Assembly: GCA_002269645.1 (NCBI GenBank)
Contig: NIVC01001913.1
Coordinates: 158,537 to 222,536, forward strand
DNA from: Macrostomum lignano
Taxonomy: Eukaryota
DNA length: 64,000 nucleotides
Direction: 5' to 3'
Under the pieces are notes generated by a model. That model had not been told where the DNA came from, searched no databases, and saw only the letters and a program-made list of their open reading frames with translations. The position numbers were made by a program, and so were the translations under genes. Positions 1-14,600 of the stretch are shown here, piece after piece. Every line of letters starts with the position of its first letter. Positions within the stretch are counted from its first letter, which is position 1.

Positions 1-426
1 TGTCCAAGAAGCTACGCCGCGAGGTGTACGCCCTAGACTGCGAGATGATCTACACAGACGCCGGCAAAGAGCTGGCCCGAGTCACGGTGATCGATCGCAG
101 TTTGTCAGTCGTTTACGACCGCCTGGTGCACCCGTCGGCTCCGATAGTTGACTGCAATACTCGCTTCTCCGGGCTGCGAGCCGAGCAGCTGGTCAGCGCC
201 CAGCACCGGCTAGCCGACGTGCAAGACGAACTGCTGAAACTGATCTATTCCACTAGCATACTCATTGGACACAGTCTGGAAAGCGATCTCCAAGTGTTGA
301 AGCTGCGTCATGGCACTGTTGTGGATACTAGCATCGTGTTTCCGCATCGGCAGGGCCTGCCCAAGAAGCGAGCATTGCGCAATCTGGCTAGCGAGATTCT
401 TAATAAGATTATTCAGACTGGCGGCG
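1..426 (+). CDS. REXO1: RNA exonuclease 1 homolog (DEDDh exonuclease), penultimate exon, 5' partial
   Basis: ExoI motif YALDCEM, then DCNTRFSG, LIGHSLESDL (ExoII), VVDTSIVFPH and KRALRNLA. Phase-1 donor G|GTGAGT at 426/427. Confidence 0.93.
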
Positions 427-499
427 GTGAGTTGGGTGGGGTTTCAGTTTCTATAGTCTAAATATTGTATGTTTAATACTCTCGTTGGGTTATTAGAAT

Positions 500-1835
500 A
501 GCCGTATCCATGGGAAATCCCCGTTGCTAAAATGTCTGTATCCTAGGAAAATCCCAGTTGCTGAAATGTCTGTATCCTAAGGAAATCCCAGTTGCTAAAA
601 TGACTGTATCCTAGGGAAATCCCAGTTGCTGAAATGTCTGTATCCTAAGGAAATCCCAGTTGCTAAAATGACTGTATCCTAAGGAAATCCCAGTTGCTAA
701 AATGACTGTATCCTAGGGAATCCCAGTTGCTGAAATGAGTCAAGGGAAATCCCAGTTTCTAAAATGACTGTATCCTAAGGAAATCCCAGTTGCTGAAATG
801 TCTGTATCCTAGGGAATCCCAGTTGCTGAAATGTCTGTATCCTAGGGAATCCCAGTTGCTGAAATGAGTCAAGGGAAATCCCAGTTTCTAAAATGACTGT
901 ATCCTAAGGAAATCCCAGTTGCTGAAATGTCTGTATCCTAGGGAATCCCAGTTGCTGAAATGTCTGTATCCTAGGGAATCCCAGTTGCTAAAATGAGTCA
1001 AGGGAAATCCCAGTTGCTAAAATGACTGTATCCTAAGGAAATCCCAGTTGCTGAAATGTCTGTATCCTAGGGAATCCCAGTTGCTGAAATGTCTGTATTC
1101 TAGGGAAATCCCAGTTGCTGAAATGTCTGTATCCTAGGGAATCCCAGTTGCTAAAATGAGTCAAGGGAAATCCCAGTTGCTAAAATGACTGTATCCTAAG
1201 GAAATCCCAGTTGCTGAAATGTCTGTATCCTAGGGAATCCCAGTTGCTGAAATGTCTGTATTCTAGGGAAATCCCAGTTGCTGAAATGTCTGTATCCTAG
1301 GGAAATCCCAGTTGCTAGAATGACTATCCTAGGAAAATCCCAGTTGCTAGGATGACTGTATCCATGGGAAATCCCCGTTGCTAAAATGAGTCAAGGGAAA
1401 TCCCAGCAGCTAGAATGACTGTATCCTAAGGAAATTCCAGTTGCTAGGATATATTAGTACTTAAGGAAAATCCGAGCAGTTAGAATGACTGTATCCTAGG
1501 AAAATCCCAGTTGCTAGGATGACTGTATCCATGGGAAATCCCAGTTGCTAGAATGATGTATCCATGGGAAATCCCTGTTGCCAAATTGACTGTAACCAAG
1601 GGAAATCCTAGTAGCTAGAATGACTGTATCCTAGGAAAATCCCAGTTGCTAGGATGACTGTATCCTAGGAAAATCCCAGTTGCTAGGATAACTGTATCCT
1701 AGGAAAATCCCAGTTGCTAGGATAACTGTATCCATGGGAAATCCCAGTTGCTAGGATAACTGTATCCATGGGAAATCCCAGTTGCTAGAATGATGTATCC
1801 AAGAAAAATAGCTGTATCCAAGGTAAATATTAGTT
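500..1835. repeat. ~33-34 bp minisatellite filling the REXO1 intron
   Basis: Unit approx. GTATCCTAGGGAAATCCCAGTTGCTGAAATGTCT, with variants. Confidence 0.92.
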
Positions 1836-1890
1836 GCTAGATGTGCAAAAAATCCGTTACAATGCTACTGACCTTATCATTGCGCTGCAG

Positions 1891-1991
1891 ATGCTGGCCA
1901 CGATTCCAGCGAGGACGCTCAAGCCTGCATGGAGCTGATGTTCTACAAGCTGACGGAGGATCTCAAAAAGTGCAAATTCTCCTCTTCTTGA
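1891..1991 (+). CDS. REXO1: REXO1-like exonuclease, last coding exon
   Basis: Acceptor ctgcag|AT at 1890/1891 joins in phase 1 to give DAGHDSSEDAQACMELM (ExoIII GHDSxEDA motif). Stop TGA 1989-1991; AATAAA at 2248 and 2360. Confidence 0.9.
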
Positions 1992-2459
1992 TGACCTCAG
2001 CTTCACTTATTTCCCAATTTTTCCTCTCGAGCTGGTGTTTGTGTTTTTTTCTGTGCAACGCGTTGTTTGCATTTTTCTGGCGTTTTGTTTGTATCCTATT
2101 TTTATGACTTTAATACATAATGCTTGCTACTTACTACTTTAATATCAGTAGCACATTTTTCGCATTGCAATTTGCACCGTCATGGTGAGCCAGACAGCTG
2201 GCTGCATATGAGAGTTGGTTAGCCACTCATTACTTTTCTCAAATCAGAATAAAATTTTATTGGTTTCTTGCACGCAACAGATCTATTTATAGTAGTACTG
2301 ATTAGCTTTCGTATTAAAAGTGTATGCAGATTATTTGTTTTAAATAGTGAAATTATTTGAATAAAACAGTGGTTCTTTAATTATTAATAATTTGTCTTCT
2401 CTCGTGGTCGGATGTTTAATAGTGTCTGTGCTCAAGTTAATCACAGAAGTTAATGCAAT

Positions 2460-3365
2460 TGCAGGTGCGGCTTAGATAATTATATTTGCGACTCAGATAA
2501 TTGGCTCAGATAATTACAGGTGCGGCTCTGATAATTACAGGTGTGGCTCAGATAATTACACATGTGGCTCAGATAATTACAGATGCGGCTCAGGTAATTA
2601 CAGGTGTGGCTCAGATAATTACAGGTGTGGCTCAGATAAGTACAGATGCGACTCTGATAATTACACATGTGGCTCAGATAATTACAGATGCGGCTCAGGT
2701 AATTACAGGTATGGCTCAGATAATTACAGGTGTGGCTCAGATAAGTACAGATGCGACTCAGATAATTACAGGTGCGGCTCAGATAATTACAGGTGCGGCT
2801 CAGGTAATTACAGGTATGGCTCAGATAATTACAGGTGCGACTCAGATAATTACAGGTGCGGCTCAGATAATTACAGATGCGGCTCAGGTAATTACAGGTG
2901 TAGCTCAGATAATTACAGGTGTGGCTCAGATAAGTACAGATGCGGCTCTGATAATTACAGATGTGTGTCAAATAATTACAGGTGTGGCTCAGGTAATTAC
3001 AGGTATGGCTCAGATTATTACAGATGTAGCTCAGATAATTACAGGTGTGGCTCAGATAATTACAGATGCGGCTCAGGTAATTACAGGTATGGCTAAGATA
3101 ATTACAGGTGTGGCTCAGATAAGTACAGATGCGGCTCTGATAATTACAGATGTGGCTCAGGTAACTACAGATGCGGCTCTGATAATTACAGGTGCGGCTC
3201 AGGCAATTACAGATGTGTGTTAGATAATTACAGGTGTGGCTCAGATAATTACAGGTGCGGCTCAGGTAGTTACAGGTGTGGCTCTGATAATTACAGATGC
3301 GGCTCTGATAATTAGAGGTGCGGCTCAGGTAATTAGGGGTACGGTCTATATAATTACAGGTGCTA
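2460..3365. repeat. 21-bp minisatellite
   Basis: Unit GGCTCAGATAATTACAGGTGT; produces the spurious AQIITGV ORFs. Confidence 0.93.
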
Positions 3366-3909
3366 GTTTAGTTAGGAGTAATTACATAACTGGTCCAATA
3401 GAAATACTATAGTTTTCGCCATATTGAATGATTCAAGTCAAGCATCTGTACACAAGCGTCAGCCTTACCAGGGACCATAACTAGTATTTATACGTCATAA
3501 AAGGCGAGTTTCTTAAAAAATGTCGGCAATATACAAAATCTACCTAACTTTGAACAAGCAATACACTTCTTCTTGTAGTGCGCAATAACCCTGCCGCCAC
3601 TACAAAAGTGCAGATTTTTTCTGAACAAGCAGACTAGGCTTCCTTTTAGAAGTAAACTAGGTCGCATCACTTGATGCTTGAACTGCGCGCTGAACAACTC
3701 TTTCTGTGTCGGAAAATTGTAGTTTATTGTTGCCGGCAAAAAATCCTATCCAGGCACCCCGTATGCAGGTGAATGAGTAGTCAAACCGCTTGGCCTCCTG
3801 AAAATGCAAGCCTGCCAGATAGCCGATTTTTTCGGATGCGCAATAGCGCTATAAAGTACATGTGCACCAGTGCTGATCAACACTTGTCGAGCACTTTCCC
3901 GATTTATAG

Positions 3910-4700
3910 ACTGGCTAATCCTACATCTGAGGTCTGACTAATCTTACATCTGAGGTCGAACACTTTCCCGATTTATAGACTTGTTAATCCTACATCTGAG
4001 GTCTGGCTAATACCATATCTGAGGTCTGGCTAATCCTACATCTGAGGTCTGGCTAATACCATATCTGAGGTCTGGCTAATCCTACATCTGAGGTCTGGCT
4101 AATACCATATCTGAGGTCTGGCTAATCCCACATCTGAGGTCTGGCTAATACCATATCTGAGGTCTGGCTAATCTTACATCTGAGGTCGAACACTTTCCCG
4201 ATTTATAGACTTGTTAATCCTACATCTGAGGTCTGGCTAATACCATATCTGAGGTCTGGCTAATCCTACATCTGAGGTCTGGCTAATCCCACATCTGAGG
4301 TCTGGCTAATCCCACATCTGAGGTCTGGCTAATCCCACATCTGAGGTCTGGCTAATCCCACATCTGAGGTCTGGCTAATCCCACATCTGAGGTCTGGCTA
4401 ATCCCACATCTGAGGTCTGGCTAATCCCACATCTGAGGTCTGGCTAATCCCACATCTGAGGTCTGGCTAATCCCACATCTGAGGTCTGGCTAATCCCACA
4501 TCTGAGGTCTGGCTAATCCCACATCTGAGGTCTGGCTAATCCCACATCTGAGGTCTGGCTAATCCTACATCTGAGGTCTGGCTAATACCACATCTGAGGT
4601 CTGGCTAATACCACATCTGAGGTCTGGCTAATACCATATCTGAGGTCTGGCTAATCCCACATCTGAGGTCTGGCTAATTCCATATCTGAAGTCTGACTAA
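3910..4700. repeat. 23-bp minisatellite
   Basis: Unit TCTGGCTAATCCCACATCTGAGG. Confidence 0.93.
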
Positions 4701-6497
4701 TTTTGTTTTAATAAGCACACGAAAATTGGAAAAACGCATTTGTTATACTGTCCGATAGCACTGTCAGCAATGCAACGGAGATATGTATAGCTGTTGCGGG
4801 TGTGTAGGCGTCAGTTCGAGACTCTTCGTGTTATGTTTTCCCCGAGGTCGTGTCAATCCAAACACAACCCTTTATTAATCCTCCATTCCATACAGAGGCA
4901 TGGGCCAGTATGCGGAAGAATTGTCGCCCAGAAAAGTTTTGTACTTTTTGCTGTACGCTGTTTGTTGGGCTGCAGATCCCGGCCAATATTTTACCTTCTT
5001 TTCATTTACGCAAGTGTTTACCGAGCAAACAGAAAGTTTTTTAATTTTTACCGACCTGCCGGTTTTATTGCTATTAATAATCATAGACAGTATAATGGCT
5101 GATATAAATATGATTCTGTAAGAGCGCCAAAGAGCGCCCTATGAGCGCCAAACTCTCTTAATAAAGTAAAGGGCGCCAAACTCTTAGTAAAGTAAGGGGC
5201 GCCAAACTTTTACTAAAGGATCGCCGACACTTATATAGCGATCCGGTTATGGTTTCTGTTGAAATTTATTCATCAAAATTATGCAACAATAATTTGTTTC
5301 TTTAGTAGCTTTATTTCGTTCTTTTAGGTGCGAGGCCATAAAGTGTTTATATTTCGACTATTCATATACATATATAGACAACTTGTTCAGTCTTTTCGGT
5401 CCAACAAAAATCTGTTCGTACTTTTTTTGGCGGAGGCCGGTGCCCATCTCCGGGTTGTGATAATTGGAAATTTCGCCTTTTCGTCAAGCTTGGTTGCTAC
5501 TGACGCCCACACTAATTATTGATCCCAGTGGCTGGATAGATTGCGAATCAGAATGGGATAAATCTTGGCTTGTGGAGGGGATTCAACTCATGAGCTGGCG
5601 GGAGCTGGCGGGAGCTGCAGCACGAGTAACTTGTTTGAGATGCAAAAAAAGAAGATTTTTCCAAGATTTCTGGAATGAAATCTTCGAGAGCGGCGAGAAA
5701 TGGGAAATCCCTCCCAAAGGGATTTGTCCCCTCCTGCGTAGGGGGGAATCAACAAGTTATGGGAGGGCCACTTTTTTCCGGTTACCCGTTTGTCACGCGG
5801 GGCTGCTGGCACTCGTTCGCTTGTTCACGTGGTTTTTCAATGGGAAACTTTGAATTAGGGTTACAGGGTTTTGCTAGATCATAAGCCAAACTTGTAACTT
5901 TTTTTGGTTTTTAAAAGTTGACTTTCTTTTAAAAATGTTACATACGTGGATAAAAATAGAACATTTTCTATTAGAATCTGTTTGAGCTATGCCCTATCGC
6001 CGGTACCGTTCGCTGCAATTTGATACAAATCTCGCTTGGCGTCATCCCGGTGTCGGTGGCGTCCGGTTTTCGGATCTCGAGGCTGCCTTGCTAAATTAAA
6101 TTTTCATTTCTTCAAAGACACTGGCATTACGGCTGAACCATTTCAAGGTGAGCCATTTTATAACGGTGGCAGTTGCTGCTACAACTTCAGCAATTTGTCG
6201 AATAAACAGGGCGCTACACTCGCTGATCGTGTGGTCACGTGGCAGGTTTTTCCGGAAGTTTCCCGTTCTTCAGCACTGAATCCCCAATGCCTCACCTGCT
6301 GGACTTCCGAATTGCAGATGCAGCCAGCAGGTGTTTTGTCCGAGCTGCGCTCACAAGTTTATCAAGCTGCTTTTTCATGAACTGCTGCCAGGGACCGGCA
6401 AGCAAGCAAAGTTGCGGCGAGTTTCCAGCTGCTCCTGTCTCTGCAGTGTTTTGTCTGGACGGATTTGTCTATGGCCAAACCCATGGCTCGCACTCAT

Positions 6498-6537
6498 ACA
6501 CACAGGGTGTACAGCCGCCCTCTTGACTTTCTAATCA
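6498..6537 (-). mobile_element. Fragment of the SINE central conserved block
   Basis: Minus strand TGATTAGAAAGTCAAGAGGGCGGCTGTACACCCTGTGTG closely matches TGATTAGGAAGTCAGGGCCGCTGTACACCCTGTGTG at ~34750-34785. Confidence 0.5.
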
Positions 6538-7084
6538 AGAATGATTAGAGGTGGCCCTGATTGGTGTAAATCACACGACAAACCTGTTGACCTCCCTTCA
6601 AGTTGTCGGCCCCTAAGCAACAGAAGTCTCTTCAATATGCGCCAGAAGAAAAGTCCGATATGAAATCCTCAGCCCCGCAACAGATGGCCCAGCGCCCAAG
6701 GTCGGCACCGCCTGCCCTATTCGTCCTGGCTCATCTGCCTTCTCATCGTTTACTCCTCTGAGAGGTGATTGATGCTTTTGACCTTTGCATGATCCGTCAG
6801 AGCAGTTCCCTTTCATTTTCCCTCAAACTGCTGACTAAATTATGCGTAGAAACAGCTGCAGATCCGACTGAGTCATTTCTCCGTGGATTGGGCGTGTGTT
6901 GCGCTTTGAACTGGCAAGAATTTCATTTGTAGCTGCTGAGCTCATGTTGCAGTCTGTGCTTCCTTCACCACATTAAATTGTAGCTTTCTTTTAAAGGCAA
7001 TCCAGCTGTCGTTTGCTTTTTTCTGGACAGCCTATTTTGTGAAATCGAATCCTGCCACTCTCCTTCTATTCGCTCTTAGCTTCC

Positions 7085-8215
7085 TACTATCCGCTCTCTA
7101 CTACCCGCTCTCTACTATCCGCTCTCTACTATCCGCTCTCTACTACCCGCTCTCTACTACCCGTTCTCTACTATCCGCTCTCTACTATCCGCTCTCTACT
7201 ATCCGCTCTCTACTATCCGCTCTCTACTATCCGCTCTCTACTATCCGCTCTCTACTATCCGCTCTCTACTATCCGCTCTCTACTATCCGCTCTCTACTAT
7301 CCGCTCTCTACTATCCGCTCTCTACTATCCGCTCTCTACTATCCGCTCTCTACTATCCGCTCTCTACTATCCGCTTTCTACTGTCTGCTCTCTACTATCC
7401 GCTCTCTACTATCCGCTCTCTACTATCCGCTCTCTACTATCCACTATCTACTATCCGCTCTCTACTATCCACTCTCTACTATCCGCTCTCTACTATCCGC
7501 TCTCTACTATCCGCTCTCTACTATCCGCTCTCTACTATCCGCTCTCTACTATCCGCTCTCTACTATCCGCTCTCTACTCTCCGCTTTCTACCTTCTGCTC
7601 TCTACTCACCGCTCTCTACTATCCGCTCTCTACTCTCCGCTTTCTAACTTCTGCTCTCTACTTACCGCTCTCTACTATCCGCTCTCTACTCACCGCTCTC
7701 TACTATCCGCTCTCTACTCTCCGCTTTCTACCTTCTGCTCTCTACTCACCGCTCTCTACTATCCGCTCTCTACTCTCCGCTTTCTAACTTCTGCTCTCTA
7801 CTTACCGCTCTCTACTATCCGCTCTCTACTCACCGCTCTCTACTATCCGCTCTCTACTCTCCGCTTTCTACCTTCTGCTCTCTACTTACCGCTTTCTACT
7901 ATCCGCTCTCTACTACCCGCTCTCTACTTTCTGCTCTCTACTCACCGCTCTCTACTATCCGCTCTCTACTCTCCGCTTTCTACCTTCTGCTCTCTACTCA
8001 CCGCTCTCTACTATCCGCTCTCTACTCTCCGCTTTCTAACTTCTGCTCTCTACTTACCGCTCTCTACTATCCGCTCTCTACTCACCGCTCTCTACTATCC
8101 GCTCTCTACTCTCCGCTTTCTACCTTCTGCTCTCTACTTACCGCTTTCTACTATCCGCTCTCTACTACCCGCTCTCTACTTTCTGCTCTCTACTCTCCGC
8201 TCTCCGCTCTCCACT
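7085..8215. repeat. 14-bp pyrimidine-rich minisatellite
   Basis: Unit TCTCTACTATCCGC, degenerating towards the 3' end. Confidence 0.93.
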
Positions 8216-8631
8216 CTGCTTAATCCTGCATCTCTTTTTCCCCCATCCACTCCCGCTATTTCCCGCTCCCCACCTTCCTTCCAGTTCAGCCTAGCGTTAA
8301 AAACGCCTCTCCAGTCTGACTGTCGGCACTTGCAATTCATTTTAATCAGCGTCCCGTGACTGGCCTGAATGCATTGTCAGGCCTCTCTTACTAACACATT
8401 GTCTAGAGAATGGCTCAGAGAGAGAATTTCGGTCTCAATTTGCAGACGATGGCCCAGCAACCAAAAAGCGCTTTAGCCAGGCTGCAATCAGCGAACGTTT
8501 TTATTCATTAGTATCTGGTTCGTCTATGTGATTCACTGTCGTGGTTATTTCATCTCGTTGCCATAATAGGACTTATAGGATTTTTAATAACGACTCTAAA
8601 AGCTATCTGAATTTTGCTTGGGATAACTTGC

Positions 8632-11600
8632 GTGAGACAGAGATTGAGAGTGAGACTGTGGGTGAGAGTGAGACAGTGGGTGAGAGTGAGACATTGGGTG
8701 AGAGTGAGACAGTGGGTGAGAGTGAGACAGTGGGTGAGAGTGAGACAGTGGGTGAGAGTGAGACAGTGGGTGAGGGTGAGACAGTGGGTGAGAGTGAGAC
8801 AGAGATTGAAAATGAGACAGGGATTGAGAGTGAGACAGAGATTGAGAGTGAGACAGAGATTGAGAGTGAGACAGAGATTGAAAATGAGACAGAGATTGAG
8901 AGTGAGACAGAGATTGAGAGTGAGACAGGGATTGAGAGTGAGACAGAGATTGAGAGTGAGGCAGAGATTGAGAGTGAGACTGTGGGTGAGAGTGAGACAG
9001 TGGGTGAGAGTGAGACATTGGGTGAGAGTGAGACAGTGGGTGAGAGTGAGACAGTGGGTGAGAGTGAGACAGTGGGTGAGAGTGAGACAGTGGGTGAGGG
9101 TGAGACAGTGGGTGAGAGTGAGACAGAGATTGAAAATGAGACAGGGATTGAGAGTGAGACAGAGATTGAGAGTGAGACAGGGATTGAGAGTGAGACAGAG
9201 ATTGAAAATGAGACAGGGATTGAGAGTGAGACAGAGATTGAGAGTGAGACAGAGATTGAGAGTGAGACAGAGATTGAGAGTGAGACAGAGATTGAGAGTG
9301 AAACAGAGATTGAGAGTGAAACAGAGATTGAGAGTGAGACAGAGATTGAGAGTGAGACAGAGATTGAGAGTGAGACAGGGATTGAGAGTGAGACAGAGAT
9401 TGAGAGTGAGTCTGAGATTGAGAGTGAGACAGAGATTGAGAGTGAGACAGAGATTGAGAGTGAAACAGAGATTGAGAGTGAGACAGAGATTGAGAGTGAG
9501 ACAGAGATTGAGAGTGAGACAGAGATTGAAAATGAGACAGGGATTGAGAGTGAGACAGAGATTGAGAGTGAGTCAGAGATTGAGAGTGAGACAGAGATGA
9601 AAATGAGACAGGGATTGAGAGTGAGACAGAGATTGAGAGTGAGACAGAGATTGAGAGTGAGACAGGGATTGAGAGTGAGACAGAGATTGAGAGTGAGTCA
9701 GAGATTGAGAGTGAGACAGAGATTGAGAGTGAGACAGAGATTGAGAGTGAGACAGAGATTGAGAGTGAGACAGAGATTGAGAGTGAAACAGAGATTGAGA
9801 GTGAGACAGAGATTGAGAGTGAGACAGAGATTGAGAGTGAGACAGGGATTGAGAGTGAGACAGAGATTGAGAGTGAGTCAGAGATTGAGAGTGAGACAGG
9901 GATTGAAAATGAGACAGGGATTGAGAGTGAGACAGAGATTGAGAGTGAGACAGGGATTGAGAGTGAGACAGAGATTGAGAGTGAGACAGAGATTGAGAGT
10001 GAGTCAGAGATTGAGAGTGAGACAGAGATTGAGAGTGAGTCAGAGATTGAGAGTGAGACAGAGATTGAGAGTGAGGCAGAGATTGAGAGTGAGACAGAGA
10101 TTGAGAGTGAGACAGGGATTGAGAGTGAGACAGAGATTGAGAGTGAGTCAGAGATTGAGAGTGAGACAGAGATTGAGAGTGAGACAGAGATTGAGAGTGA
10201 AACAGAGATTGAGAGTGAGACAGAGATTGAGAGTGAAACAGAGATTGAGAGTGAGACAGAGATTAAAAATGAGTCAGAGATTGAGAGTGAGACAGGGATT
10301 GAAAATGAGACAGGGATTGAGAGTGAGACAGAGATTGAGAGTGAGACAGGGATTGAGAGTGAGACAGAGATTGAGAGTGAGACAGAGATTGAGAGTGAGT
10401 CAGAGATTGAGAGTGAGACAGAGATTGAGAGTGAGACAGGGATTGAGAGTGAGACAGAGATTGAGAGTGAGACAGAGATTGAGAGTGAGTCAGAGATTGA
10501 GAGTGAGACAGAGATTGAGAGTGAGTCAGAGATTGTGAGTGAGACAGAGATTGAGAGTGAGTCAGAGATTGAGAGTGAGACAGAGATTGAGAGTGAGTCA
10601 GAGATTGAGAGTGAGACAGAGATTGAGAGTGAGTCAGAGATTGTGAGTGAGACAGAGATTGAGAGTGAAACAGAGATTGAGAGTGAGACAGAGATTGAGA
10701 GTGAGACAGAGATTGAGAGTGAAACAGAGATTGAGAGTGAGACAGAGATTGAGAGTGAGACAGAGATTGAGAGTGAGACAGAGATTGAGAGTGAGACAGA
10801 GATTGAGAGTGAGACAGAGATTGAGAGTGAAACAGAGATTGAGAGTGAGACAGAGATTGAAAATGAGACAGAGATTGAGAGTGAGACAGAGATTGAGAGT
10901 GAGACAGAGATTGAAAATGAGACAGGGATTGAGAGTGAGACAGAGATTGAGAGTGAGACAGAGATTGAGAGTGAAACAGAGATTGAGAGTGAGACAGAGA
11001 TGAAAATGAGACAGGGATTGAGAGTGAGACAGAGATTGAGAGTGAGACAGGGATTCAGAGTGAGACAGGGATTGAGAGTGAGACAGAGATTGAGAGTGAG
11101 TCAGAGATTGAGAGTGAGACAGAGATTGAGAGTGAAACAGAGATTGAGAGTGAGACAGAGATTGAGAGTGAGACAGAGATTGAGAGTGAGACAGAGATTG
11201 AGAGTGAGACAGGGATTGAGAGTGAGACTGAGATTGAGAGTGAGACAGAGATTGAGAGTGAGACAGAGATTGAGAGTGAGACAGGGATTGAGAGTGAGAC
11301 AGAGATTGAGAGTGAGACAGGGATTCAGAGTGAGACAGGGATTGAGAGTGAGGCAGAGATTGAGAGTGAGACAGAGATTGAGAGTGAGTCAGAGATTGAG
11401 AGTGAGACAGAGATTGAGAGTGAGGCAGAGATTGAGAGTGAGACAGAGATTGAGAGTGAGACAGAGATTGAGAGTGAGGCAGAGATTGAGAGTGAGACAG
11501 AGATTGAGAGTGAGACAGGGATTGAGAGTGAGACAGAGATTGAGAGTGAGTCAGAGATTGAGAGTGAGACTGTGGGTGAGAGTGAGACAGTGGGTGAGAG

Positions 11601-14600
11601 TGAGACATTGGGTGAGAGTGAGACAGTGGGTGAGAGTGAGACAGTGGGTGAGAGTGAGACAGTGGGTGAGAGTGAGACAGTGGGTGAGGGTGAGACAGTG
11701 GGTGAGAGTGAGACAGAGATTGAGAGTGAGACAGAGATTGAGAGTGAGACAGGGATTGAGAGTGAGACAGAGATTGAAAATGAGACAGGGATTGAGAGTG
11801 AGACAGAGATTGAGAGTGAGGCAGAGATTGAGAGAGAGACAGAGATTGAGAGTGAGACAGAGATTGAGAGTGAGTCAGAGATTGAGAGTGAGACTGTGGG
11901 TGAGAGTGAGACAGTGGGTGAGAGTGAGACATTGGGTGAGAGTGAGACAGTGGGTGAGAGTGAGACAGTGGGTGAGAGTGAGACAGTGGGTGAGGGTGAG
12001 ACAGTGGGTGAGAGTGAGACAGAGATTGAAAATGAGACAGAGATTGAGAGTGAGACAGAGATTGAGAGTGAGACAGAGATTGAGAGTGAGACAGAGATTG
12101 AAAATGAGACAGGGATTGAGAGTGAGACAGAGATTGAGAGTGAAACAGAGATTGAGAGTAAGACAGAGATTGAAAATGAGACAGGGATTGAGAGTGAGAC
12201 AGAGATTGAGAGTGAGACAGAGATTGAGAGTGAGACAGAGATTGAGAGTGAGACAGAGATTGAGAGTGAGGCAGAGATTGAGAGTGAGACAGAGATTGAG
12301 AGTGAGACAGGGATTGAGAGTGAGACAGAGATTGAGAGTGAGACAGAGATTGAGAGTGAGACAGAGATTGAGAGTGAGACAGAGATTGAGAGTGAGACAG
12401 AGATTGAGAGTGGGACAGAGATTGAGAGTGAGACAGAGATTGAGAGTGAGACAGAGATTGAGAGTGAGACAGAGATTGAGAGTGAGACAGAGATTGAGAG
12501 TGAAACAGAGATTGAGAGTGAGACAGAGATTGAGAGTGAAACAGAGATTGAAAATGAGACAGGGATTGAGAGTGAGACAGAGATTGAGAGTGAGTCAGAG
12601 ATTGAGAGTGAGACAGAGATTGAGAGTGAGTCAGAGATTGAGAGTGAGGCAGAGATTGAGAGTGAGACAGAGATTGAGAGTGAGTCAGAGATTGAGAGTG
12701 AGACAGAGATTGAGAGTGAGACAGAGATTGAGAGTGAGACAGAGATTGAGAGTGAGACAGAGATTGAGAGTGAGACAGAGATTGAGAGTGAGTCAGAGAT
12801 TGAGAGTGAAACAGAGATTGAGAGTGAGACAGAGATTGAGAGTGAGACAGAGATTGAGAGTGAGACAGGGATTGAGAGTGAGGCAGAGATTGAGAGTGAG
12901 ACAGAGATTGAGAGTGAGACAGAGATTGAGAGTGAGACAGGGATTGAGAGTGAGACAGAGATTGAGAGTGAGACAGGGATTGAGAGTGAGTCAGAGATTG
13001 AGAGTGAGGCAGAGATTGAGAGTGAGACAGAGATTGAGAGTGAGTCAGAGATTGAGAGTGAGACAGAGATTGAGAGTGAGGCAGAGATTGAGAGTGAGAC
13101 AGAGATTGAGAGTGAGACAGGGATTGAGAGTGAGACAGAGATTGAGAGTGAGACAGAGATTGAGAGTGAGACAGAGATTGAGAATGAGACAGAGATTGAG
13201 AGTGAGACAGAGATTGAGAGTGAGACAGAGATTGAGAGTGAGACAGAGATTGAGAGTGAGACAGAGATTGAGAGTGAGACAGAGATTGAGAGTGAGTCAG
13301 AGATTGAGAGTGAAACAGAGATTGAGAGTGAGACAGAGATTGAGAGTGAAACAGAGATTGAAAAAGAGACAGGGATTGAGAGTGAGACAGAGATTGAGAG
13401 TGAGTCAGAGATTGAGAGTGAGACAGAGATTGAGAGTGAGGCAGAGATTGAGAGTGAGACAGAGATTGAGAGTGAGACAGGGATTGAGAGTGAGTCAGAG
13501 ATTGAGAGTGAGTCAGAGATTGAGAGTGAGACAGAGATTGAGAGTGAGACAGAGATTGAGAGTGAGACAGAGATTGAGAGTGAGACAGAGATTGAGAGTG
13601 AGACAGAGATTGAGAGTGAGACAGAGATTGAGAGTGAGACAGAGATTGAGAGTGAGACAGAGATTGAGAGTGAGACAGAGATTGAGAGTGAGACAGAGAT
13701 TGAGAGTGAGACAGAGATTGAAAATGAGACAGGGATTGAGAGTGAGACAGAGATTGAGAGTGAGACAGGGATTGAGAGTGAGACAGAGATTGAGAGTGAG
13801 ACAGAGATTGAGAGTGAGACAGAGATTGAGAGTGAGACAGGGATTGAGAGTGAGTCAGAGATTGAGAGTGAGACAGAGATTGAGAGTGAGACAGGGATTG
13901 AGAGTGAGACAGAGATTGAGAGTGAGACAGAGATTGAGAGTGAGACAGAGATTGAAAATGAGACAGAGATTGAGAGTGAGACAGAGATTGAGAGTGAGTC
14001 AGAGATTGAGAGTGAGACAGAGATTGAAAATGAGACAGGGATTGAGAGTGAGACAGAGATTGAGAGTGAGACAGAGATTGAGAGTGAGACAGAGATTGAA
14101 AATGAGACAGGGATTGAGAGTGAGACAGAGATTGAGAGTGAGACAGGGATTGAGAGTGAGACAGAGATTGAGAGTGAGACAGAGATTGAGAGTGAGACAG
14201 AGATTGAGAGTGAGACAGAGATTGAGAGTGAGACAGAGATTGAGAGTGAGACAGAGATTGAGAGTGAGACAGAGATTGAGAGTGAGACAGAGATTGAGAG
14301 TGAGACAGAGATTGAGAGTGAGTCAGAGATTGAGAGTGAAACAGAGATTGAGAGTGAGGCAGAGATTGAGAGTGAGACAGAGATTGAGAGTGAGACAGGG
14401 ATTGAGAGTGAGACAGAGATTGAGAGTGAGTCAGAGATTGAGAGTGAGACTGTGGGTGAGAGTGAGACAGTGGGTGAGAGTGAGACATTGGGTGAGAGTG
14501 AGACAGTGGGTGAGAGTGAGACAGTGGGTGAGAGTGAGACAGTGGGTGAGAGTGAGACAGTGGGTGAGGGTGAGACAGTGGGTGAGAGTGAGACAGAGAT

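Noticed and set aside
3480-6950. Short ORFs as transposase remnants or genes
   Set aside because: No recognisable motif, no consistent splice chain, no terminal repeats found; left unannotated.
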